Of a stretch of 64,000 bases of DNA, positions 1 to 12,700 are shown one piece after another (within the stretch, counting starts at the first letter, position 1; every line of letters begins with the position of its first letter). The position numbers were made by a program, and so were the translations under genes. Under the pieces are notes generated by a model. That model saw only the letters and a program-made list of their open reading frames with translations. It was not told the DNA's origin and did not search any database. The stretch lies in NCBI GenBank assembly GCA_036172245.1, contig JAYWIR010000006.1, positions 2,232,001 through 2,296,000 of the forward strand, read 5' to 3'. The stretch comes from Raillietiella orientalis. Its lineage: Eukaryota.

Positions 1-686
1 AGAGGCGTCCCTTCTCTATCCCTCTCCCTCTCGAGTCCCGTGGGAAGGGGAAGGCGCGGCTTTTCTGCCTTCCCCTCTCTCCCTCCCGAGGCATTCCGGC
101 TCCAGACTCGCCCCTTCCTTCATTCTCGAATCGCTCCTCCCCCCGCTGCCCGTCTGGGAAGCACCAAGAGGTCGCTGCAACGCCGCGGAAGGGAGCCACG
201 CGTACCCACGGCGTACACTCCTGCGCCCCGCGATGGGGCTCGGATCACGCGCGCGCAGACCCGGCCTCGACCAAGACAGAGAGAGGGGAGAGGAGGGACC
301 GGGCATCCCTCTGTCTCCTGAGACCTCCCCCTCCCCTCATCAGCATCCGCGCCGGTCCTCTCTCTCGCCGGCTGCGCGTGGCGACCCTCAGGGGAGGTCT
401 CGTTCGCGGCCCGTCGGCGAGATGGCGGGCCCGCCGGTCGACTCGGGTCCGCGCTCCGCCCGCGGCGGCGCCCGCGCGCGCGCCCTCCTCCGCGTTCTCG
501 AGAGGCGCCTCCCGCGTGGCCGTGAGCGGCGCGCGGCCAGTTGCCGTTTGCGCGCGCGCGAGGCGAGTGTGACGAGGATGTGCGGGTCTGCGTGTGCCGA
601 CGGCGAGCCGGCAGCGGGCGGAGGCGAGTAGAGCTGGGGCAGGTCATCATCAGCCCCCTAGGGCCAGAGAGAGGGAGTCCGGCGCC

Positions 687-777
687 ATGCCGCGGCCGCC
701 GCGGGCGGGAGCGATCGGCCCTCCCCTGTTCCTCCTGCTCCTGCTCCTGGTGCTGCCGGCGGCGGTGGTCCCGTCAG
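687..777 (+). CDS. fw: Exon 1: signal peptide MPRPPRAGAIGPPLFLLLLLLVLPAAVVPS
   Basis: GGCGCCATG Kozak context, Leu-rich h-region, donor CAG|GTAGGT in phase 1 matching exon 2. Confidence 0.78.
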
Positions 778-3700
778 GTAGGTGGGAGAGGGGGTCTGCA
801 GCTCCTTCTCTCTGTCGACTTCCCCCTCCCCCTTCCCGGACCAATGGGCCGGAGGAGGCGGAGGATGTCGCGCAGCAGCGAGGAAGCTTCCCGATGTGCC
901 CGCGCTGCGGCGCGTGGCATGCCCAGAGGTCGTCGCACGCGCGCGCGCACGGTCCCTTCCCAGCTCCACGCCCCTCCCTGGGGTCCCTATCCAGCTGCCC
1001 TCCCTCCGCCAAGCGACCACCGCCGCCGCCACCGACGGCAACGGCATTCAAGGCGCAGGCGCACAGCAACCCTTCCGGCAGCGGCAGCGAAGGCGCCGCG
1101 AGCCGCTCGTCCCCCGAGGCGAGGCGGAGGGAGGAGGAGAGGACGCGCCGCGCGCGCCCGTCCCGGTGACCGCAGAGGTCACCGCGCCTCGGCCAGCCGC
1201 TGGCCTCTCCTTCTCCTCCTCCTCCTCTTCCTCGCCTGCAGCGGCGCCCCGAGCGGACCGCGGTCGGGATGAACCCGACGCCGGGCACTCGCCCTCGTGT
1301 ATCCTAACTCCCCTCGTCCCCACCTATTCCTCCCCCTTCCTTTCTCCCTTCTCTGGTTGTTGGAGCTTCCCGAAAGATAGCCAACCCTCGGGGCAATGCT
1401 GGGTGGTTTCGACGGGGGAGTGTGGGACGGAGATGGGGGGAGGACCCCGAGGGGAGGGTGGGGGAAGGAAGCGCAACCGCTTTCGATGCGCTGCCAAGAA
1501 ATGGGTCGCGCGGGCTGCTGTGGAGTGGCTGCTCGCATGCCCGGCCAGAGGACTTCCGGTTCTCCCTCCTCCTGTCTCTCCGGGACGCAGGAAGGCGGGG
1601 TGTCTTCTCCATGGCTTCCCGTCTGCCCACCTCCTCTTCCCCTTAGGCCGTCCCTCTCTCCCGGAACCCGAAGAAGGGAGGGTCTCACGACGGGTCCGCG
1701 AGCGACGGGTGCGCGGCCGTCTCCCGGGAAACCGCTGCCATCTCCGGGATGGATGGGTCCACTCGAGGGAAAAGGAAGAGAGGCCTACGGAGCCCATCCG
1801 TCTCCCGCCGTCGCGTCTTTCTGGGTCCCTCCCTCCTCCTCCTCTCAGGGGCGCCGCCGCACCCGTGACCTGGGGCCCGAGCGCCGCCCCCGGAGGAGAA
1901 GACACAGCACGCACGCCTTCTTCCTGCCGTCTTCGTGCGGACGGTGGTGCTTCGCAACGACCGCTGAGGGAGGGCCCGCGGGCAGGAGGCGGAGCAGGGG
2001 GAGGAAGAGGCTCGACTTTCTCCGAGGGAAAGTCCGAACTCTCCGGCGGATGCGCCCTCCCTTCCTCCTCCTCCCCCCCCCCCTCCGCCGATGTCTTCCC
2101 CTTCGCTCCTCCTCCGTTCACGAACCCAAGACAGCGTTCGGGTTTAGGGAGCTGCGGCGGGGAGGGGGAGTAAAAGGCATCCTCGGCTCCTCCCCTTCCT
2201 CCTCCGGTCGCCCATGCCGCGCTGCCCTCTCCGCGGGAGAACTGCTGCCGTAGAGCGTTTTCGTGGAGAACACTGCGGGCGGGAGCGGTGTCCAGCTCCC
2301 CAGTGGTTGCCCCTCGACCGCTATCGCCACCCGCGTCCTGCATCCTGTGTCGGGGATCGTGGCCTGCGGCAAAGAGAAAGGACCTCTGGGAGGAGCAGGG
2401 GCACCTCCTTGTTTCCTCCCTGCCCCGAGCAGAGAGGTGCTGCCGTGGCCCGCCTCCGTGACCGGACTCTTGTTCTGTGCGACGCCCCCTCGGTCCGCTC
2501 GGAAGCGTTCGGGCTGCGGCAGACCGAAACCGCTGCACCCTCCTTTCACCCGGGGGCTCCAAGACTCTCTTCTGGTCCAGCTGCGCGCACCCTTGCGCCG
2601 AGTGCTCCCGCTCCCGTCGAGTAGGCGATCCTGCGCTGCGAGCAAATTTCGGGCCGGCACTCTCCCTCGGTGATTCCGACCGTTTGATCTCTTCCTTCCT
2701 CCCAAATGCACCTGGTCTACCCCAATATCCGTAACCTCCCAGCAGGGTTCCTGCTGGCGAGAACCCTCTGTGAACTCTCTTGAAAGATACCGACGTGTAG
2801 GGAGGGTCTCCAGGAGGAGAGTGGGAAATGCTTCCGAGAGGAGGAGGAAGGAGATTGGTTAGTCTTGCTAATAGGCAACATCCATCTGGACCAGAGCAGA
2901 CTTCCTACGGACAACTGTCAGCACCCTGAACTTTTTTCATCACCACCTATACGTCGACGAGCGATCCCCGTCGTTTCTTTCTCTCCCCTCCCTTTCCCCC
3001 CCCCCCCTCCTTTTTTTTTCCTGTTTTCCTACTAGGAAAATACAACACGCCCCTTCCCAGAACACCTGTGCACATCCCGCTGCCCTGAGCGTTCGTACGC
3101 AGGAAAGCGAGCGTGCACTTCTTGGGCGGCAGCAAGCGGAAGGAACTCCTTCGACAAGTGCGGGTGGAGTCGCGTCTTCGATCTGGTTTCTCTGAGGAAA
3201 GGAGGCGTGGGTGGGAGGCACTCGAGTCGCGCCCTGCAGCAGGTCTCGGCGCGGGGGTGCTTTGGGCACGTGAAATCCGACCTACGCGTTCCCGGCCTCT
3301 GATCGCAGAACCGCGCCGCTTTGGGGTCCGATACTTTGGCTCACGAGCGAGGTCACCGCCGCTTGCGCAGGTCTGTCTCCCTGCTCTCGAGAACGGAGCC
3401 ACCCGACAACAATGGCTTGCTGCGAAGGCAACCCATTATTCAGAGCGAGATGGCGCGGCAACAATGCGTTGCTGTGGAGACTCCACAGTATCGCCTTGTT
3501 GCTGCCCCCTTTTCGCAGCGTCCACTGTTCAGAGCACGTGACACCTTTCTGGCACTCTCTCTCTCTCTCTATTTCTCTCTTCCGCTCCTTCACTCCCATC
3601 CCTCCGCACGCCACGAAGGATCTTGGGGAGATGGGGCGAGGTGACAGTATCTCCGGAGTTTCGTAAGACGGCTGCGCGAGTCAAGGCACTTCGCCTTGAC

Positions 3701-6700
3701 GACGAACGGGTCCACTGGCTAAGATCTGTTGCCCAATCGGGAGAGAGCGAGTGACCATGCCTTGGGAGAATCGCGTGTCGTTTTGCTGCTGCCCGCAGCA
3801 GCGGGGGAGGTTTCCTCCTTGGCGGTCAGAGGAGGGAGAGAGGGGAAGGGGGGAGGAAAGAGAGAGAGAGATGTCGGGCACTCGACGTCTCGTTACGGTC
3901 CAAGTGCGGCATCATTTCCTCGTTTTCGCCGAGTGGGAGAGAATCCGAGCAAGCACTCCAAAGTGAAATGGCGGCGGCCGCCGTGCGCGCGCGGGTTCTC
4001 TTCGGAAAGTGGTTCGTCGCTCACCCCTTTACCCACAGTTGGATACGCTCCGCGCAACCGGTGTGATGTCCGTGGGAGCATTTCTTGCTTCCTCCTCATT
4101 CGCAGCGCGCAGTTGGGGGAAAGGGGAGGGAGGGGTAAAGCAGATTGCAGATTCCTTCTGCTCCTCCAGCTGCTCGTGTGATTTTCCTCCCCCCACTCCC
4201 TCTCTCCAACCCTTCTTCTCTGGGTGCGGATGGCAACCTGGGAGACGCCGATTCATCTGAAATGCGGAAGAACAGCGCAGACTCGAATGCTCTTGCACTT
4301 AACCACCTGCTTCAGTAGCAGCAGCTCGCTCTGCTGTTCCTTCTCCGGAACATCGTTGCTTGTCGGGAATAGTTCGCATGTGTCTGCAGAACCCGAGGAG
4401 CGCGCGGGAGAGGCTGACAAGGTGTCCCCAGGGACGGCAGAAGGGAGGAGGGAACTCTTCCCTGCACTCCTCTGCTCCGGAAGGGCTGGAGACGCTTCCG
4501 GCTGGGGAGGCCGGAGGAAAAGAACCTCCGAGGGAAAAAGGAAGGGGTGAAGAGGAGGGATCTCCCAAACCGATCCGCGACTCCCTGGTTTCCCGGACGG
4601 CGGAGACTCCTGCGGCTGCTCCCCAGCAGGAACCCTGCGCAGAAGACCCCGTGCTCGTTCGGTTCCTGGGGATCGGAACTACCCGTCCGCCTCGGGAGGG
4701 TCCTCCGATCCTTCAAGGGATCACCCTGGGAACTGTAGGAAAGGAGGTTGTGCGAGGTTCGTCCCTTCAACAGCTCTCTCCGTCCTCCATCACCACCTCC
4801 CCCCCCCCTTCTCTTCCCTCGCTGGACTTTCGCCGTTTGACGGCCTTGGGGAAGAGAGGAGGGGAGGAGGAGGTCTTTCCACGCTGGAGGGAAGGGGGGT
4901 GTGGAAGCCGGCAACCGCTGGAAGAAGCATAGGGGGGGCGCAGCTGCTCGAGGTCCGTTCCGGGAAGTGTGGGGGTGGGAGGTTGCGGGGAAGGGCCCTG
5001 CTCTCCCTGGGTGCTCTCAAGTAGGCGGCAGGGAAGCCAGGAAAGTCCGCCTGGCCTCCCGAGACACCGGGACAGCGCGACAGGAGCGTTGCGAAAGCCG
5101 GACACGCCGAGTCGCCTTCGAGAACGTGCACCCGTTAACGCTCAGGCTCGTTACTAGGTTACGGGGATCTCTTAGGAAGTCACGACCAGGCCTTCGCGGT
5201 GCTATCGGACGGCGATCGGCGCGGCCCGGGCGGCGAAGGACGCGCGCACGCGTAAGAAGGAGGAAGAGAGGGGGAGAGAGAAACGAAAAAGGGCGGAGAC
5301 CACTCCGGCGCGCCGGAGGGCAACCCGGGAAACTGAGGAGCTCCTTCCTCCCTGCGAGCCGCTGTCGCCGTCGCCGCCACTCCCGGGTGCGCTCTTCTGG
5401 GGAACTGAGGGGGGGGGGGGAAGGCGCCGCGAACTCGCGGACCGCCCTCCCCTCGGGTTGTTGCGCCGGTGCGCCGCCGTCGGCTGAAACGCGGGAGGCA
5501 GCAGTCCGCATGAAGAGCAGGGGAGCGCTGGACCAGCTGGCATCCTCCGGATGCTGGCGAGGAGGAGGAGGGAGGAAAGGCAGAATCGGCAGCGGGAGCG
5601 GACGAGGAAGCAGCAGGAAGGACAGCTTCAGCAGGGCGACCGACCGAGGAGGAACAGCGAAAGACGAGGACAACGCGGAAACAAAAACCGCGCCAGCAGC
5701 GAAAGAGTCAACGTCCACTGGAAGGAACAAGACGACCCGGGATAAGAAGAGGAAGAAGGAATCGTGGGCACGCGCGCCTTCATGTTTTTTCTTTCGGGTG
5801 CGAATTCCCCCGGGAGCGTCCCGCGGGTCCTGACGCAACACAGAGGGCCGGACGAGTCAACAGGGGGTCCTCTGCCCTAGACAATCGGTTCTCCCTCGGG
5901 AGGTGCTTCCAGAAAGTCTCCTTTCCTTCCTCCGAGAGGCCCTCCGGGTGGGGATATGAGAGAAGTGCCTGGGTGTCCCCGACACCGGGAAGCTCAGGGG
6001 CGTGACGTTTCCGGTCGGCCGCTTTCGGGCGGAGGGCGCGCGCGTCTCGCGCCAAGGCTCGGCTGCTTCTCTTTCTTTCTCTTCCCCCCTCCCCGCCCTC
6101 TCCCCTGCTCCTCCCCTTCCCCCCGCGGGCGCGCCCGCCGCGAAGCCTCCACGAGACGCGGTTTCCACGGACGCGGAACGGGCTCTGCGTCGGGTGCCGC
6201 CGCCGAGCGATTGGCATCTAGGCGGCCGCACGTGGCTTCCGGGAGGGAGGAAGGGAAGGGGGTCGCGCTAGCGCGCATGTACCGGTTGCCCAAGCAAGCC
6301 GACGCCGACGCGTGCACCCGAGGCGGCGGCGGCGGCGTTGCGGGCGCGCAGCTCCTCTCGGCAGGGGGCTCACCGAGCGACGGGATTCCCGGCTCGGGTA
6401 TCCAGAGGAATGACCCCCGCGAGCAGTGGACGGCCGCGTCTCCACGAGGGTGCGCTCCGCGACGGCCCCCGAGGTAGGGGGAAGGAGGGAGGGGAGAAGG
6501 CTCCAGGTACTCCCATGAGACGCTACAGCCTCTCCACTCCTGCATTCCAGGGAAGCGGTGCCCTCTCCCTCCGGCGCTGGCGAACAGCAGGATCAAGCTG
6601 TCGGAGGACCCGCCTTCGCCGGGGGCCGTGGCCTCCTACTCGTGCGACGAGGGCTACCACCTCTTCGGGTGAGCTGCCCCGGTCGAGCTGCCCCCTCCCT

Positions 6701-9700
6701 CGGGGCAACGGCGCGTTCCCCCTTTTCCAGGAAGCAGACCCTCGAATGCCGGGAGGATGGACGCTGGACGGACCCTCCCCCTGCCTGCGGTGAGTACTGC
6801 GGCGGAGGGGGTCTCCCTGACCATACCCCGATCGCTCCCTCGCTTGTTCCCGCAGCCACCAACGTCGCCCTGCGGAAGCCGTGCAACCAGTCCTCGGCCG
6901 CCAGGGGAGGCGAAGCCCGGAAGGCCAACGACGGGAACCTGGTCAACGTTGACGAGAGCGGAGGCTGCTCCCAGACGCTCAAGGAACCTTCGCCTTGGTG
7001 GTCCGTGGACCTGCTGCGCAGTTACCCTGTCAGCGTGGTCCGCATCACCTCGGCCGGATGCTGCGGTGAGCACGAGAGAGTGCTTGCCACCGCCGCTGGC
7101 CGTCGAGAAGCGGGAAGATGCGGGCGGAAGGCGCCCCGAGAGGAACGCGCGCCTCCACCCACGCAGCCGACACACCTCTGGACGGAGATCTCTCCTGCTC
7201 CCGCGCTTGCGGGGCGGAGGGGAAGGGGCGCTTCCGGCTTGGGAGAGCAAGCGCGCCCCCTTGGCAACGGACTTTCGCCAGCAGCCGGCCCTTTCCGTGT
7301 CTGCACCCAAGAGAGAGGCCACAGCAGGTCGGAAGGAGCCGCCCCTCCCTCCCTCCGCCTTCCGACTGCCCGGGTGGGGAGGGGAAGGGGAGGGAGGGCG
7401 AGTTCCCACCTCAGGAGGCGCGCGCACTGCGCTCAGCGAGGACGGAAGAAACGACCGTCCACCACAGGCGTACCGCCGTGCCTGCTCCTCTTCCGCGGTC
7501 ACTCGGGCGCTTTCGTTTTCCCTCTGGTCTCATCGAGGCTACGCACTGTGCTCTCCGGCATCTGTGACTTCCTCTTCCTTTTTTCTCCCTCCCTCTCATC
7601 CTTGGAGCTCGGTCTGCTCATGGGGCGACCGTCCTCTTCGCGGACCTGCCCCACCTCGCTGTTTTTTTTTTTCGGATGCAGCAGCTCCTTCTAGGTGACG
7701 GTCGCCCAGCGACTCACCTTTTCCTCCTTCCTCCTACTGCCTCTGCCTATTCAGGAGTGCTCTCCCGATCCGAGCACCCCCGCACCGATCCTTGGGCGTT
7801 CACTCCTCTCCTTCCAGGGTCAGATCCTCTCCGGGACCTGGAGGTACGCGTCGGGAACAGCAGCGTCTTCCAGAACAATCCGCTGTGCTCCTGGCATCCC
7901 GGACATGTAGGTGAGTTGTGCTCTCAGCGCAGTAGGGGAGCTCCGGGAGAGAGGCATCCTGGGGGCCGTCCGTCCTCGCCTCTTGCGACGGCGTTCCGGT
8001 TGCCTTGGAGGCGGGAAGCTCATCTTCCCAGGGGTAGTTCCTGAGGCCACCAACTTCACTTCCCCTCCTCTCCCCTGCCAGAGGCAGACGCAGCCTTGAA
8101 CCTGCGGGGTGCTCTCGGCAACACGGCATGTTCCCCGTTTCCCGGCAGACTTAACAGGAGCGCGTCGCTTCTGTCACTCTCCCAGGAAGCTCTCGGCTCT
8201 CCTTACCCCGGATGGTGCCCTCGAAGAGGACCCAGGTACTCCTTGGGGGCTCGAAACGAGCACCGCCGCTGCGCACGGCGCTGGTTCCGAAGCTCTCTTG
8301 GCCAGAGAACCGGGTCGAGGCGTCCCTAGGGAGAGGGGAGGAGTTCATCCGCCCCGCAGGACGGGATTCAAGGAGACCTGGGGAGCCAACAGTAGGGACT
8401 GACGCGCCGGTAATCCTCTCGTTTACCCCCTCTGGCATGCGCAGTCCCGACCGGCCTAGACCTGGAATCCGGTCCCTGGCGTCCCGTAGGCAAGGCGTGC
8501 TTAGCAACCGGTGCCTCCCACGGCTCCACCTACCCCATCCGCTAGAGAGGAAGAGCAGCCTCCGCTCGCTGCATCTCACGGCTTCCGACTTGCGCTGGAG
8601 TAGCGGCAGAGGGCAGGGCGGGGAGCGCCCGCCCGCGCGGCAGCGGCCAGGTGAACCGAAGCGTGGACTGCGCGTGCGCGCGCGCGCGTGGCGAGTCGAG
8701 CGCACGCCTCCTGGCGCCGGCGGGAGGGCCACGAAGCCGCGGACGCGCGTGGGGGAGTGTGAATGGGTGGACGTGGAGACCTCGCAGAGTCTGGCAGACC
8801 GCGAGTGGATGGGGAGGAAGGCGAGGGAGCAGGCAGCGGTGGCGACTTCCCTTCGGGAAGCGCCCAGGACTCGGCCCCGCGGGCTGCTCAGGGCGCATGC
8901 CTCGGAGAAAGCCGGGAGAACTGGAAAGCTGCTCTTCCGGAAGGTGAGGCGGGCAGCTCTCTGAGGCGGGACCGGGAACCTCTCGCTTAGCGGAGGGGTT
9001 GCTGGGCGAAAGGGGTGGGGGGTAGGAAGAGCGAAAAAGACCCGGTTGATGCGGGGCCGGAGGGAAGGGAGGAGGAACGAAACACCCCATCCGCTTACTT
9101 CGTGGTCGTCATGGAACGCTTGTCCAGTGGTCGTTGACCAGCGCGGAAAATGTTCCTCCATGGGCGTTGCCGGGGCAAGCGATTTCGCAGAAGCCGCTGC
9201 CATTCGCACTCGGGTGCTCCTGCAGCCTCTCACAATCCGTCCAGAAGGATGGGTTGGTCCTCTTCTGAGGGTGACTCCGTGCCGCATCCAGATCCCCCCT
9301 CCTCTCTCTTTCTCCCTTCCTGGGGATTCGCCTGAGAACTGCCATGACCTCCTGGCCCCTTTTTATCGGAGGTACCCCTCACTCCTATACCCTGCCTCCT
9401 TCGAAGTGACTGGGATCCCTATTGCCGTACGGTCGCTGCTGCACCCCTCGGCTACCACTCCCTTCGGTCTGCTGAAGCTCCTCTGCCTCTTTCAGATGAA
9501 GGCGTGACGAAGGACTTGCCCTGTGCACGCCCCCTGGTCGGCAGGTTCGTCTCCTTGCAGATGGTTGGGGCCGAGAGCAGGCTCTCGCTCTGCGAGGTGC
9601 AGGTCTTCACCACCGAAGGTAGGTCGCCAAGTCGACGCACATCTTCGTGTGATGTCATAACGCGTCTTGGGCAGTCGCAACGCGATTCCTGGGCTTCACC

Positions 9701-12700
9701 CGCCTATCACCCGGCGTTGCTGCGCGACCTTGCAAACACGCGGCTACCGTCGCGTTGCCGAGCAGGTCTGCTGCAGCAGCCCATCTTTCGTCAGTCACGG
9801 CGCCGCACGAGCGTTGCCGCGTCGCTGAGCGATGGTTGCCTCTCGCTCGCCTTCACGTTAGAGATGCTGCCGGTTATATTGACAGGGCTGCGTTTCCGAG
9901 GTGCTGCCCGATCAACATAACCGGCAGGCGAGCCACGTTTCCTTCCCTCACTGCTGCTTAACGTCGCCGTGGTGTCCTCCGGGTGTCTCCGCGTGACGTT
10001 GTCGCGAGGCGTGTCACGTTACGCCATCAGTTGCTGCAGTGCTGCGTGCCCCCTTCGGAGAACCGCGCCGCTGAGCTCAGAGACTCCGCTTCAGCGCAGA
10101 CTGCGCCGCCGTGAGAGGCGCGCCTTCCGGTCCAGACCTCAGCGCCCAGTAGCTGAGGAAACACGTCCGGTCCTGGCAGGCAGCCGCGGCAGGAGGTGGC
10201 AGAAATTCCCTGCTTCCTCTGCCCACCCGCGGGGCAACGCCCTTCCTTCCCCTGCGGCATCAGCACGGAGCGAAACCGCCGGGGAGCCGCCTCCCTCTCT
10301 CCCCTCGTCCGCTTGCATTTTGGATCGCAGCTCCGAGTCGCCGAGCGTCGGCCGGCGAGAGACGGCAAGGGGTCAAGGGGTGGGGGGAGCGCACTGCTCC
10401 AGTTCTCCAGAGAGACCACCCGAGGATTCAACGACGCCCGCGACTCTGCCCCGGCTCCATCTTCTCAGCGAGTAAGAAAATAAACACCGCCGCCGCTGCT
10501 TCCTCTTCCTCTCCCAAAGTTTCCTCTCCATCCAGTTCGGCAGAAGCCTGAGTGCGTTTGGACCAAGTGAATCCCAACGAAACAGCTCCGACGCAGGTTG
10601 CTCCTCGGGGTGCAGCTGAACTGCGCACGGTCCCGGGCCATGGTCTTTTGCTGTCACGGTTGCTCCCGTCTCCCTCCTATAGCCAGGTCATCAGCAGCGA
10701 CTTACCATCTTCTTTCCTCGTTCCACATGTTTCCTCTTCCGCCTCCGCACCATTCTTGGTTCCGGAATGCTCCCGGTCCTGTTTCACGGTGCCACTCAAA
10801 GCTTCAGTCCATTATCCTTTTATTTTATTTCATTTTTCCTTCCTTCTTTCAGGTCTCTGCAGAGCGTGCGCGTGCGGACCACTCTCGTCGTATCGAGAGG
10901 ACTGCGTCATTCTCGGGCACCACGTGGTCGCGCCGTGCTCGGAAGTCTCGAGCGAAGATGCTGCTTCTGAAGAGGGTTTCATGGGAGCGCCGGCGTTGCA
11001 AATCCGAAGAGCCCCTCCGGAGAACGCGAACCTCCCTGGCTCCCGTGTCGCGGTCTCGACCAGACGCGGTTCTGCCACAGGGATTGGCGCTTCATGGGAA
11101 AAGACCGCGGAAAAATCGAACGACGAGGCGGGGAGGGGGGGATACCGGGGATGGGGGAAGGCAGCGTTCTTCCCAAAGTTCGCGGTGGCACGTTGACGAC
11201 CACATCCTCTCCCGACGCCGCAGTCGCAACCGCTGGAATGAACTGCGCATCCAACCGGCAACCAAACGCTTGCGGGCTTTTTTTTTGTTGTTGTTTCCTC
11301 TCGTCCCTGGAAACTCTGCAGTGTCGGAGTTGCGCTGGTAAAGAAGAGCGCGGCTTCCGCCTGGACTAAAACAGGACCTCGAATCTGTCCTAGGATAGCT
11401 CCTGCCGCTTTCCAGGCACTCCGCTCGAGATCGGGCGTAGCGATAGTGGACGCGCCGTCGTTCGCGAAACGAAACAAACCGCTTGACCTGCACATTCTGA
11501 TTTGTGCCCGCCTGGACAGCGCAGCGCGCAGAGTTACGGCCAACCCAGAAGAGCCGAGAAGAAGGAGTTTCGACACGCAGAGCTGAGGCCGTCGCAACAG
11601 CACCGTGCAGGCGATGCACCCATCACCTTGCTGCTGTTTCCTCGGCGATGCACCCACCACCTTGCTGTTTCCTCGGCGATGTCGTTATTACTGTCACATC
11701 TTGCTGCTGCTGTGCGGCGTTCCGTTATGGCACCACGCTGTTACGGCATCTCGGGGAGTCTCTGCGTCACCGTCCGGTTCTGCAGCTGTAGAACTTGCCG
11801 CATGATCCTGCTTACAGTGATTAACGACGTTGCTGAACTGGTGCCGGTTGCCGGGCGACCTTGAAATACCTGTTGGGCGACGGTTGTTGCGGTTGCCGTT
11901 CGAAGCTGCAATGTTGCACGGGCTCCGCTACTTACCTCCGCTACGTTGCTGCGTAATCCTGAATTGTCAACAACACTGTTGAGTTGATGCCGCGCCGTTG
12001 CCCGGTAACCGTAAGGAAACCTGCGATGTCATCGAGTGACGTCACCACGGCGATGCCGCTTCGTTTCGAACGAGGTTTCTGGGTTGCTGCGGCCACTTTG
12101 GGATTCCTGCGCGGTGTTGCGGTGGCGGAGCCGGAGGACTCCGCCGCCGCGCGCCGTCGCACGACTCGGCAGAGGCGCGGAATCCTCTGTCGGCTTCTCC
12201 GCGGGTGAGCCCGTACTGAAGGCAAGGAATGACTTCCTGTGGGAGCGCTGCCTGCTCTAGAGAGGGTATCTGCTCTCTGCTGAACACGTCGCTATCGTTT
12301 CCCTCAGGGCTCTCCTCTCTTCCCTGGGTTGCGCGTGGCCTCCTTCGCCGTCGAGAGGGTCAGCCTTGATAACCTCCTCCCTCGTTCTCTCAGCAGTCAA
12401 AAAAAGCTGCCCCTCCCTTCCTGAACCCATCCATGAGCATCCCGAACGGAGTGAGCGTGCGGCTCCTCATACGGCCTTTCCGCTTCAATGCTCTCCTTTT
12501 TGAAGGAGACCGACGTGAAGAAATACTTGGAACTGTCCAGACAGGGATCCGGGAGAGGCAAACCTACCGACTGGAAGGTCCTGGAGCCTCCCTGGACGTG
12601 TGCACCCGCTCTCCTTCCTGGAGAACAGTGCTCCGCCGATTGCTCCCAGCACGCTCGCGTCGGGAGTGGTCTGAAGAGGGAAGAAGGGGGGGAGGGAGAG

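Noticed and set aside
6277..6473. Alternative first exon upstream of exon 2 with donor GAG|GTAGGG
   Set aside because: The ATG at 6277 is out of phase with exon 2, and the in-phase ATG at 6410 gives no signal peptide
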